Under the pieces are notes generated by a model, which had not been told where the DNA came from, searched no databases, and saw only the letters and a list, made by a program, of their open reading frames with translations. A stretch of 64,000 nt of DNA from sequence record KJ019152.1; one strand, written 5' to 3'. The number at the start of each line of letters is the position of its first letter. The stretch's first letter is position 1. The translations under genes and the position numbers were made by a program. Of the stretch, positions 20,001 to 27,126 are shown piece by piece.

Positions 20001-21315
20001 TGTTGCTAACATACCCAATCATGGTATGGAAGCAGACAACAATGTGGTTAGTATCACAGATATCCAACCAGATACAATTGGTAGCCCACTAACACAGAGA
20101 GTTGATGTTTCCTCTAGTAGTTTGACAATTCAGGACTCTTCCTCATTCTCCACCTTTGAGGGTATTACTACCAGTATTGGTTATGCTCTAGTTGGTGGTG
20201 AGATTATTGAATACTCCAACAGTGGTAGTGGTACTATTGGTATTACTTCTAGAGGTGTAGATAATAGTATTATTTCTACTCATAACGCTGGTGAGAGAGT
20301 ATTCAAGTATGAACTCAGTGGTGTATCACTAAGGCGTATCAATAGGGAACATTTGATTCCTAATGATAGTCTCTTAGGTAATACTAGAGAGATTAATAAC
20401 TTACCCATACAGATTAGTAGAAGTCCAAGAGTATCTGGTAGAGATCAATTGAGCTTCAATCAGGAACAGACCGCAGGTGGAGCATTTGGTAGATCCTCTC
20501 AAAACTATGAGTATACTAGAATCCTACCCAATCTAGCAGCCTTTGGTTTCGGTGATTCTACTAGTATTAGATCCGTAGCAAGAACCATATCAGGTACAAG
20601 TGCTGGTGGTTCTGAAGTATCTTTCCTAGATCAGGGAAGTATACCTGTGAATCTAAACACCTGGAACACTTTCCCCAGTGTGAGAATGGTTGCTTCTCAG
20701 GTCAATGAGATTGAATATCTACAAGATCTTCCTAGACAGAAGTCGTTTACACTAGGGTTGACACTAACCAGTACAGATCCCAACCTCTCTCCAGTAGTTG
20801 ATCTTCAACAGGTTAGTTTGATTACCTCTAGAAACTCCCTAAACAAACCAATCACCAACTACGCAGATGATTCAAGAGTTAACTTACTAGTAGGTGATCC
20901 TCACGCTTCTATCTATGTTTCACAGGTGATCAACTTAGAAACACCAGCTACCTCACTTGAGGTCATCATTAGTGCTTATCGTGATGTATCAGCTGACTTC
21001 CGTGTTCTCTATAGGTTGTATGGTCCCAACTCCAATAACTCCACAGAACCAACTTGGGAGTTATTCCCTGGTTACACCAACATGCTAGATACTACTGGTG
21101 ATGGTGTTGGTAATAGAATTATTGATCCTTCCAAGAACAATGGTTTACCAAATGCAAGAGTTAGGGATAGTAACATTGGTGAAGTTCTAGAGTATGGTTA
21201 CCACGTAGATGAGTTATCTGAGTTTTCTGGTTTCCAACTTAAGATTGTCTTTAGTGGAACCAATGAAGCAAGACCACCACTATTTACCGATATTAGAGCA
21301 ATCGCGTTGGCTTAA
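14095..21315 (+). CDS. vrlC: VrlC-like (DUF4815-type) large virion structural protein, 2406 aa
   Basis: N-terminal PYFDDFD...YKVLFKPGFPVQARELT.LQSILQNQ and internal DPLAQTF motifs; position after gp8 as in cyanomyoviruses. Confidence 0.85.
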   Translation: MSQINLDTSPYFDDFDPSKDYYKVLFKPGFPVQARELTTLQSILQNQVSNFGKHLFKEGSMVIPGSITYNAKYESIVINKQQGGIDVSLYASRLVGKTIQGKTSGVTAKVINFLLPPNNGVTSPTIFVSYINSGSDAATTVFDNNEELISTSDIVYGNTTITAGTTFASTISTLSTAVGSAAQIRDGIYFIRGFFAQVRESVVILEPFSNTPSYRVGLQITEQVITAGQDNSLYDNAKGFNNFSAPGADRLKISTKLIKKPLDDYNDTNFVELLRVDNGEVKKIAENSDYNIIKDYLAQRTYEESGDYTLFGMGIKVAESLSDNLGNGGVYQFDQKTEQGGTPTDDLAVVKVSAGKAYVRGYDINNPGTVNLDINKPRTTENVEASSVPFEMGSKFFINNVTGTPVIGLDVNDNIVELYNGRVDGAGSSTGDLIGESRVYSYSLEDAPYTGPSTPWNLYLYDTQIFTKLTLNVDATGNILTSYKVRGLSSNATGYVRSVSTTEVVLTQVSGEFIRNEAISVNGKISSSLSVSLVDSYRNNDVRSISQASSSLDPNIEVDFSADTLQYSAIPTGFTASDSVTITTGGVVTCPGRIFDAFRVGDVIGYQKAGSEVITYNQVLSLNATNTSITVDAVANVAGVCDGTLPSSETRSGIRLYNSRLLNQEISQLYATLEERNISSVDLASSSLTFAKQINNLSTDASGVLTVNVSDLDVSGAVFEAFDQERYSIHYSNGTTQSLSSSQVTITSSTAEFTNLLPSQTTNVTLNCTAIKTGIKSKTKVLLRSQLLEVTKASSGISTVAQGLGQNDYYGLRVDDEEISLNVSDVTNIVAVYESLDDGTPTFDVLGFVNGLELDTRVAVGEQIKGDVSGAIARVVTVATPASVNIVYLTESTFEVGELVTFMESKIETNLQSITEGNYSNITNRFTLDKGQREQFYDYSRLVRNKNAKAPNKRILIIYDRFAVPVNDKGDFYTANSYSEEDFSKGVPMLAGGTLRASDTLDFRPRVAAFTSLNSSPFNYTSRDFGDNGNTVILVTKPSESMVLGYSYFVGRRDRIVLGSNGKFSVIEGTPAEFPTLPTIGDGVMELAQITYPPYLYYIEDVQIIEVDNRRYTMRDIGKLEDRIENLEEVTSLSLLERETESLQVLDEDGNDRFKSGFFADDFTNAEFIDNDYEDTNIDVEPATSSLVTRQLFSTIPLRAQLSESIDENIVDLSDNLPLVDTNLQKTGDIVTLSYVEVPWITQPLSSRTENVNPFNVILFNGSITLNPASDDFVITRQIPGNTQTIDVFGDGNSSNFDQTFVESVETAQWMRSRNIAFHGRGIKPFTQFYAFFDGTSGIDIIPKLIEITMTNGAFSVGERVVGTTGGRRIFAARVATPNHKEGTFNSPDRTFETNPYNRDAQLASSYSASSTVLNIDTNSLADITDSRFFGYITPGTRLVGQSSGAIADVTEVKLIADTFAELYGAIWLRDPYASPTPSFRLATGVRTLKLTSSTTNAQSTLGGTTISFAESNFQSSGLVQNRQTDTTVVTVRPLPPPPPPIIIDQTVTIVNNNTTVIDNTVTQNIDNTQTIIREVEVDDDDPLAQTFMVDETGAFLTSIDLFMATKSETDNLIVQVRTTELATPTNLLIQDFAEVVLSPDQVNVSEDGTAVTKVTFPSPIYLESGITYAVVLLAPTTDEYTSFIAVMGEENISGEIDPNLDLNATLPEGSTQSNSNLPGTAIISQQYLGGSLFKSQNGTIWTPTQFEDLKFTLNKAQFNQTPGTLFLNNPPLTETGILPPDPIETLPRKLKVSVSSNTYNFSEGDIISSVGSGATNTALVTGDLETLGGPLATLDVTDPGVGFIDGSYSSVTVYPITSSGSGAELNVTISGNVITAATVTTGGSGYRVGDTIGITTADVGAAGGDSVLTLDTIGDTDTLFLTNVQGEKMVITESIKVYDTVTESLRTTGVDITTESEVLNPMYNGSIFVANIPNHGMEADNNVVSITDIQPDTIGSPLTQRVDVSSSSLTIQDSSSFSTFEGITTSIGYALVGGEIIEYSNSGSGTIGITSRGVDNSIISTHNAGERVFKYELSGVSLRRINREHLIPNDSLLGNTREINNLPIQISRSPRVSGRDQLSFNQEQTAGGAFGRSSQNYEYTRILPNLAAFGFGDSTSIRSVARTISGTSAGGSEVSFLDQGSIPVNLNTWNTFPSVRMVASQVNEIEYLQDLPRQKSFTLGLTLTSTDPNLSPVVDLQQVSLITSRNSLNKPITNYADDSRVNLLVGDPHASIYVSQVINLETPATSLEVIISAYRDVSADFRVLYRLYGPNSNNSTEPTWELFPGYTNMLDTTGDGVGNRIIDPSKNNGLPNARVRDSNIGEVLEYGYHVDELSEFSGFQLKIVFSGTNEARPPLFTDIRAIALA

Positions 21316-21539
21316 TGGGAAAGAAAAGGGTACAGGGTTACAATAACCTTTATCGTAACGAATCCGGTGCTATCGTTAATACCGATACCACTGGTTATGT
21401 TGCATACAAAAAGAAAAGAGATTCCTCCAAACTGAAACAGGATCAAATTGAATCCTTAGGAACTCAGTTAGAGGAAGCAAAGAATGAGATCAATGAGCTC
21501 AAGGATCTGGTCAAACAGATGATTAATAAGAACGTCTAA
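21315..21539 (+). CDS. Conserved small phage protein with C-terminal coiled coil
   Basis: ORF coupled to vrlC (TAATG overlap); 'LYRNESGAIVNTD..GY..YK' followed by a heptad-rich tail. Confidence 0.75.
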   Translation: MGKKRVQGYNNLYRNESGAIVNTDTTGYVAYKKKRDSSKLKQDQIESLGTQLEEAKNEINELKDLVKQMINKNV

Positions 21540-21542
21540 ATA
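21536..21542 (+). promoter_or_regulatory. Late promoter variant CTAAATA
   Basis: TAAATA core about 25 nt before the next ATG. Confidence 0.6.
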
Positions 21543-21566
21543 TTAGAGTAATACTAGCTAATTCTC

Positions 21567-22100
21567 ATGGCAAGTGCCTACGTATCAAATATAACTATTG
21601 ATCAGGGTGCTGACTTTTCTGCTTATTTCACATTAGATGATGCTGGAACCTCGGTTCCTATCAATCTAACTAGATTTACTGCATATGGGCAACTTAGGAA
21701 ACATCCTACTGCCCCTTTTGGTGTGCAGTTTGATATTAAGATCGCTAAGCCAAAAACTGGCGAGATTATTATCTCATTGAACTCAGCACAGACCTCCGCT
21801 TTAGATGAGGGTCGTTATGTATATGATGTATATCTCAGAAGCACCACGAACGCTAAAGTGTATCGTGTTGTGGAGGGAATGGCACTAGTTAACCCCGGTG
21901 TAACCGACATGCAAACTGGAATTATCCCACCATCATACCCACCCGTCGCTATCGGACCAACTCCACCCGCAGATCCCATCGAAGGGAATCTCTGGTGGAA
22001 CTCTGAAGATGGGCGTATGTATATCTACTATATTGATAAAGACTCAGCACAGTGGGTACAGACCAATCCAAGTAGTAAAGACACAGAGAGGACTAACTGA
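21567..22100 (+). CDS. Virion structural protein (BppU-like N-terminus, fibre-associated C-terminal motif)
   Basis: 'ITIDQGADFS...QLRK...GEIIISL...T.AL..GRYVYDV...RVVEG.A.V.PGVT' then 'GPTPPADPIEGNLWWNSEDGRMYIYY...QWV'. Confidence 0.75.
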   Translation: MASAYVSNITIDQGADFSAYFTLDDAGTSVPINLTRFTAYGQLRKHPTAPFGVQFDIKIAKPKTGEIIISLNSAQTSALDEGRYVYDVYLRSTTNAKVYRVVEGMALVNPGVTDMQTGIIPPSYPPVAIGPTPPADPIEGNLWWNSEDGRMYIYYIDKDSAQWVQTNPSSKDTERTN

Positions 22101-22357
22101 TGGCAAACTTACTCGATCAAATCGGTCAGAGAAATGTTGTTAGGGTAGTATCCCAAGGTGTCCCAGCAACATTATCTGGACTTTCAGATACAGACTTTAG
22201 TGGTATTGGTACTGGAATGGTACCAGTATGGGATGGTGATGCTTTCACACCAATAGTAGGAGGTGCCAACCAAAGTGTCTCCAATATCATTCTAACGACA
22301 AACCCAGTCACACACGCAACTGCATGGACTGATACTATTGATGGTGGATTCTTCTAA
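22100..22357 (+). CDS. Small hypothetical virion protein
   Basis: ORF overlaps both neighbours; 'LSGLSDTD..G...GMVPVWDG..F' and terminal 'IDGGFF' resemble fibre-type motifs. Confidence 0.7.
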   Translation: MANLLDQIGQRNVVRVVSQGVPATLSGLSDTDFSGIGTGMVPVWDGDAFTPIVGGANQSVSNIILTTNPVTHATAWTDTIDGGFF

Positions 22358-23250
22358 TGGCAAAACCTCACACACGACAAGAACTTGTCAATTATGGATT
22401 GAGGCAGTTGGGCGCTCCAGTTCTAGAGATTAATATTGCAGATGAGCAAATTGATGATCTACTAGACGATACTATCCAACACTTCCAAGAAAGGCACTAC
22501 GATGGTGTTGTTAGAACATATCTAAAGTATGAACTAACAAAAGAAGATATTGCACGCGGTGGTGACATCAATCCAATGGTGAATCCAGGTATCACTACAG
22601 TAGGACCAGTAACATATCCAAACCCACCCAAACAAGTAGAAGACAGGTACATAGAGAACTCCAATTGGATTCATCTACCTGATTATGTTATCGGTGTTGA
22701 GAAGGTCTATGTACCCCGAGAAGCGACTGGTGGTGTAGGTGGATATATAAACCTGATTGGTCCCGATGGGGGTCTTGGAGGAGGTTGTGGCGGTGGCGGA
22801 CTCGGTGGTGGTGGTCTAGCCGGTATGGGTTATCTTGGTGGTGGAGATATAATTTCATATTTTATGGCTAAGCAATGGATGGCAACATATGACTATATGT
22901 TCAACCCAGACGCTGCTATTCGGTTCAATAAGAGAATGGATCGTCTATATCTTGACATCAACTGGCGTCGCCTAACAGCAGGTGAGCTTATTGTTGTTGA
23001 TTGCTACAGAGCACTTGATCCTGAACAATTTGTAGAAGTCTACAATGATAGTTGGGTGAAGAAGTGGTTTACTGCTCTATTGAAAAAGCAATGGGGTCAG
23101 AACCTAATGAAGTTCAAAGGAACTAGACTTGCTGGTGGCATTGAGATGAATGGTAGAGAAATCTACGATGAAGGTGTCAAAGAACTTGAGATCATTAAGA
23201 ATGATATGTCTAGTCATTATGAACTTCCTCCATTGGATATGATTGGTTAA
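22357..23250 (+). CDS. gp13: Neck protein gp13
   Basis: 'LRQLGAPVLEIN..DEQIDD', 'KKQWGQNLMKF.G..L.GGI..NG..IY'. Confidence 0.95.
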   Translation: MAKPHTRQELVNYGLRQLGAPVLEINIADEQIDDLLDDTIQHFQERHYDGVVRTYLKYELTKEDIARGGDINPMVNPGITTVGPVTYPNPPKQVEDRYIENSNWIHLPDYVIGVEKVYVPREATGGVGGYINLIGPDGGLGGGCGGGGLGGGGLAGMGYLGGGDIISYFMAKQWMATYDYMFNPDAAIRFNKRMDRLYLDINWRRLTAGELIVVDCYRALDPEQFVEVYNDSWVKKWFTALLKKQWGQNLMKFKGTRLAGGIEMNGREIYDEGVKELEIIKNDMSSHYELPPLDMIG

Positions 23251-23255
23251 GTAAA

Positions 23256-24734
23256 ATGGTTGTTAATCCCTTTTTCCTACATGGTTCCACTCAGGAACAA
23301 AACCTGATGCAGAATCTGGTCAATGAACAGATTCAAATGTACGGGATCGATGTATATTACATCCCTCGTACATTTATTAGGGATGCGACCATCATGCGGG
23401 AGGTCACTTCCTCTGCATTTCGATCATACTTTGTTCTAGAAGCATACCTAGAGAACTTTGATGGATATGGTGGTCAAGGAGACCTCATGTCCAAGTTTGG
23501 TATTCAAGTCAAAGATGAAGTTACACTTACTATCTCTAGGGATAGGTATGAGAATTATATTGCCCCATTCCTGAACTCCAGGATGTTGTATTTGATGGAC
23601 TCACCCCAAGATGATGGGCAAATGATGACCATCCAGAGACCCAAGGAGGGGGATCTAATCTACTTCCCACTGGGTAGAAGACTATTTGAGATTAAGTTTG
23701 TAGAGCATGAGAAACCCTTCTATCAGTTAGGTAAGGGATATGTTTATGAACTTCAGTGCGAACTATTTGAGTATGAAGATGAAGTCCTCGATACAAGTGT
23801 CGATGAGATCGATAGTACTCTACTTAATAAGGGTTATATTACAACTATTAACCTTGTCCCCGTTAGTAACAGAGCTGTTGTTACACCCAAAACTGGCACT
23901 GGATACATCACAGAACTAACTATCTTCAATGAGGGTAGTGGATATAAGTCACCACCTAGTATTGTTATTGATCCACCACAACTGGGAACAGATCCTAGTG
24001 TTGTTGCACTACTCACTAGACCAGATTCTAGTACCCCTGAACCTGCAATCAAACAGGTTGTAGTATTTAATAGTGGTTCTGGATATGTGGAACCACCTAG
24101 TGTTATTGCAGTTGGTGGTGAAGGAGAGGGTTCTATTATTAGAGCAGGTATCAATAGCCTATCTGATGGTATTATTGATTTTGTTGTATCTGAGAAGGGT
24201 GCTGGTTATCCAGAAGATGTGGATATCATTGTATATGATGATGACAATAATATTGTGGCACAGGGTAAAGGGCTATCTGATGGTGATCAGATTGTATCTG
24301 CTATTATCACAAACCCAGGAAAAGACCTACCATCCAGTGTGAGGGCTATTGTGGCAAAACCAGCAGATGAGGGTGATGGTGTCTTTGTCTACAATGAGAT
24401 TGTAGTGGGACAACAGTCCGGTATGAGAGCGAGAGTTCGTGGATGGGATCAACCCAATTACCAACTACATATCACTAACTTAGATCCCACTCAGAAGTCT
24501 ATTAACTTCCAAGCAGGTGAGACTATTGTTGGTGAAACCAGTGGTGCCAAGTATTCCCTCAAGAACTTTGTGGATACACAATCCAAAGCAGACTTCTACT
24601 CCGATAACGATAATATTGGAAATGAGGGTGAGGATATTGTGAATACAGATGACGAATATAACCAATTCTTTGATACTAATAGGAACTACTTTAACCCTGA
24701 TTTCAGTAACAACGATCCCTTCGGTGAACAGTAA
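23256..24734 (+). CDS. gp14: Neck protein gp14 (extended)
   Basis: 'NPFFLHGS..EQ.L.Q.L..EQI.MYG.DVYYIPR', 'PKEGDLIYFP', 'FEIKFVEHEKPFYQLGK'. Confidence 0.95.
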   Translation: MVVNPFFLHGSTQEQNLMQNLVNEQIQMYGIDVYYIPRTFIRDATIMREVTSSAFRSYFVLEAYLENFDGYGGQGDLMSKFGIQVKDEVTLTISRDRYENYIAPFLNSRMLYLMDSPQDDGQMMTIQRPKEGDLIYFPLGRRLFEIKFVEHEKPFYQLGKGYVYELQCELFEYEDEVLDTSVDEIDSTLLNKGYITTINLVPVSNRAVVTPKTGTGYITELTIFNEGSGYKSPPSIVIDPPQLGTDPSVVALLTRPDSSTPEPAIKQVVVFNSGSGYVEPPSVIAVGGEGEGSIIRAGINSLSDGIIDFVVSEKGAGYPEDVDIIVYDDDNNIVAQGKGLSDGDQIVSAIITNPGKDLPSSVRAIVAKPADEGDGVFVYNEIVVGQQSGMRARVRGWDQPNYQLHITNLDPTQKSINFQAGETIVGETSGAKYSLKNFVDTQSKADFYSDNDNIGNEGEDIVNTDDEYNQFFDTNRNYFNPDFSNNDPFGEQ

Positions 24735-24741
24735 CTAAATA
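24735..24741 (+). promoter_or_regulatory. Late promoter variant CTAAATA
   Basis: TAAATA core upstream of gp15. Confidence 0.6.
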
Positions 24742-24769
24742 ACTTATCTAGTTATTATCATTAATACCC

Positions 24770-25570
24770 GTGGGTGAATATTTTTATCATGAGATCATCA
24801 AGAGAACTGTTGTCGGTTTCGGCAATCTCTTCAATGGTCTTACTATCCAAAAGGTAGACAAGAAGCAAAACGTCATTAACGTGATGAAGGTGCCTCTTGC
24901 ATATGGTCCTACCCAGAAGTTTCTGGCAAAGATTACTCAGCAGGGTGAGTTAAACCAACCTACTGAGATTACTTTACCACGTATGTCTTTTGAGATGAAC
25001 TCTCTTGCGTATGATGGATCGCGGAAGACCGCACCCACTCAGATGTTTAAGACACTAGATAACGGGGAGACACTTAAGAAGGTTTATCTTCCAGTTCCAT
25101 ATAATATTGGTTTTGAACTTAATATTATGACCAAGTTGAATGAGGATGCTCTACAACTTGTCGAACAAATTCTTCCATATTTCCAACCTTCCTTTAATAT
25201 TACTGTCGATCTAGTTGATCAGATTGGTGAGAAGAGAGATATCCCTGTGGTACTCGACTCCATCAACTTCACTGACGACTATGAAGGAGACTTCACAGGT
25301 AGACGTATTCTAATCTATACTCTATCATTCACTGCCAAATCCTACATGTTTGGACCTGTCAGTGAATCTGGGGATGGTCTTATTCGTAAGGTTCAGGTTG
25401 ATTATCACACTTCAACCGAGAGGGATTCACCTCGTGAGGTTCGTTACACAGCCACACCAGACCCAGTTGATGCCGAACCCACTGATGACTTTGGGTTTAG
25501 TGAAGAAACTGTAGTATACTTTGATTCTAAAGTATACAGTCCAACTCAAGGTGAGGATTACACTCCATGA
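24770..25570 (+). CDS. gp15: Tail sheath stabiliser / tail terminator gp15
   Basis: 'YFYHEII..TVV.FG.LFN', 'VPLAYGP.QKFLA', 'TLPRMSFE', 'PVPYNI.FEL'. Confidence 0.95.
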   Translation: MGEYFYHEIIKRTVVGFGNLFNGLTIQKVDKKQNVINVMKVPLAYGPTQKFLAKITQQGELNQPTEITLPRMSFEMNSLAYDGSRKTAPTQMFKTLDNGETLKKVYLPVPYNIGFELNIMTKLNEDALQLVEQILPYFQPSFNITVDLVDQIGEKRDIPVVLDSINFTDDYEGDFTGRRILIYTLSFTAKSYMFGPVSESGDGLIRKVQVDYHTSTERDSPREVRYTATPDPVDAEPTDDFGFSEETVVYFDSKVYSPTQGEDYTP

Positions 25571-25992
25571 GCTTTGAATCAATAGATGATGCACTGGATA
25601 TTGAATCCAGTATTGTGAAAAAAGAAGAAGAGGTGGAGGTTACTCCTACCAATTCTAAAGAGAAACCATCTACTCCCCAAACTGAACAAGATTACAACTA
25701 TAGTAGGGGACAACTCTATTCTCTCATTGAGAAGGGACAAGAGGCGGTTAACAACGCATTAGAACTCGCCAACGAAGGTTCTAGTGCTAGATCATATGAG
25801 GTTGTTGGTGGTCTTATTAAGAATGTCGCAGACGTTACTGATAAACTACTAGATCTCCAAAAGAAGGTTAAGGATCTGGATGAAATTTCAGTTACTAATA
25901 ACCAAACCAATGTAACCAACAATTCGGTATTCGTCGGATCAACTACTGAACTCCAGAAGATGTTGAAAGAAGGATTGTTGAATAACGATTAA
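25567..25992 (+). CDS. gp16: Terminase small subunit gp16
   Basis: 'DY.YSRGQLYSLIEKGQEA', 'RSYEV..LIK.V.D', 'NNSVFVGST.ELQK'. Confidence 0.93.
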   Translation: MSFESIDDALDIESSIVKKEEEVEVTPTNSKEKPSTPQTEQDYNYSRGQLYSLIEKGQEAVNNALELANEGSSARSYEVVGGLIKNVADVTDKLLDLQKKVKDLDEISVTNNQTNVTNNSVFVGSTTELQKMLKEGLLNND

Positions 25993-25997
25993 CTACT

Positions 25998-26411
25998 ATG
26001 GCTTACGAAGAAGAAAATCAGTGTAACTCTACACCTGAGGGTGAAGATTGCCCTAAGCACAAGAAGAAGTGCTGCAATTCTGAGGAAAAGAAACGCAAAA
26101 AGGGGATGTACGGTCTCCAGGATGAGGATAGTGAAGGCGATGAGTCCTCACAAGAGAATGGTGGCATGCCTCAGGATAGTGCCAATGAGGAAAGACAACT
26201 TAACCCAGACACTGACCTGAAGGACATGTCCAGTGATAGTAAGAAGAGGGCTATGGATTCTTTCCGTGAAAGAAGTTCTGAAGCTAAGAAAAGAAAATCA
26301 GATAAAGATAAGAAGGATGAATTGGCAACTGAACGCATGACAAAGGGCATAAGGTTCTTTGACAAACAGGGTTCAGGTTATATTAAAAAAGGTAAAAAGA
26401 GTTACGACTAA
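25998..26411 (+). CDS. Highly charged hypothetical protein with Cys cluster
   Basis: 137-aa ORF directly after gp16; CxxxxxGxxCPxHxxxCC; Lys/Glu rich. Confidence 0.75.
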   Translation: MAYEEENQCNSTPEGEDCPKHKKKCCNSEEKKRKKGMYGLQDEDSEGDESSQENGGMPQDSANEERQLNPDTDLKDMSSDSKKRAMDSFRERSSEAKKRKSDKDKKDELATERMTKGIRFFDKQGSGYIKKGKKSYD

Positions 26412-26413
26412 CC

Positions 26414-27025
26414 ATGACACTAATTAACGAACATAATCTTGGAGCTTGGAAAGCTTTAAACCCCCAAGACAAAAGACTACAAGCATTAACACTCTCAGAA
26501 CTATTGGAGAATGCCGATCCAACTAGCGTAGATTTCAGTAGTATTACCTTTAAGGGTCGTACAGACGGTCTACTCGGAGATGGTCTCGATTGTGCTGAAA
26601 GTATTGGTTTTGTTGTATTTGATTGTGTATGTCTGTTCCTAGGAGCAGCAACACTAAGAGCTTCAGCCACTGCTGAGGTAGCCGAAGATATGGCTAAAGC
26701 TGCAGAACCTGTTGTTAACCAACTAACACAGTATATTAGAACCATTTCTGATTCAGCATCATCAACATATGATGTTGCTTATGCTGTGTTTAAGGTAATC
26801 TCTACCATCTACAGTGGAGGTGCTTTAGGTGCTGTTTGTGGTGTGTTCTTCACGTCCCTAACTTGGTACAACGCTATTCTCTATGGAATGACTGCTGTTG
26901 GTACTATTATGGCTGCTTTGGCAACTGATGGTGCTGCTGAAATTGGTATTATTGTTGTGGAAATAGCAACAGCTGGTTTCCTAATTTCCGACAGTGTTGC
27001 CTGCTCTAAAGCATGCAACTACTGA
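26414..27025 (+). CDS. Hypothetical hydrophobic helical protein, 203 aa
   Basis: ORF 2 nt after the previous stop; long Ala/Gly/Val/Ile-rich hydrophobic segments. Confidence 0.75.
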   Translation: MTLINEHNLGAWKALNPQDKRLQALTLSELLENADPTSVDFSSITFKGRTDGLLGDGLDCAESIGFVVFDCVCLFLGAATLRASATAEVAEDMAKAAEPVVNQLTQYIRTISDSASSTYDVAYAVFKVISTIYSGGALGAVCGVFFTSLTWYNAILYGMTAVGTIMAALATDGAAEIGIIVVEIATAGFLISDSVACSKACNY

Positions 27026-27029
27026 GTTG

Positions 27030-27036
27030 CTAAATA
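27030..27036 (+). promoter_or_regulatory. Late promoter variant CTAAATA
   Basis: Immediately after the 203-aa gene, upstream of the 936-aa gene. Confidence 0.55.
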
Positions 27037-27126
27037 TATCTGAAAGGCAATCTAGTCGTGGGCGGTATTTTAATATCGTTAACAATTGTCCATTGAAGCC
27101 TTTCCCACATTTACGGTTCAATAGAT

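Noticed and set aside
619-20018. Many 60-110-aa ORFs on the minus strand or in alternative frames within gp7, gp8 and vrlC
   Set aside because: They are shadows of long stop-poor coding frames and show no motifs, RBS or promoters.
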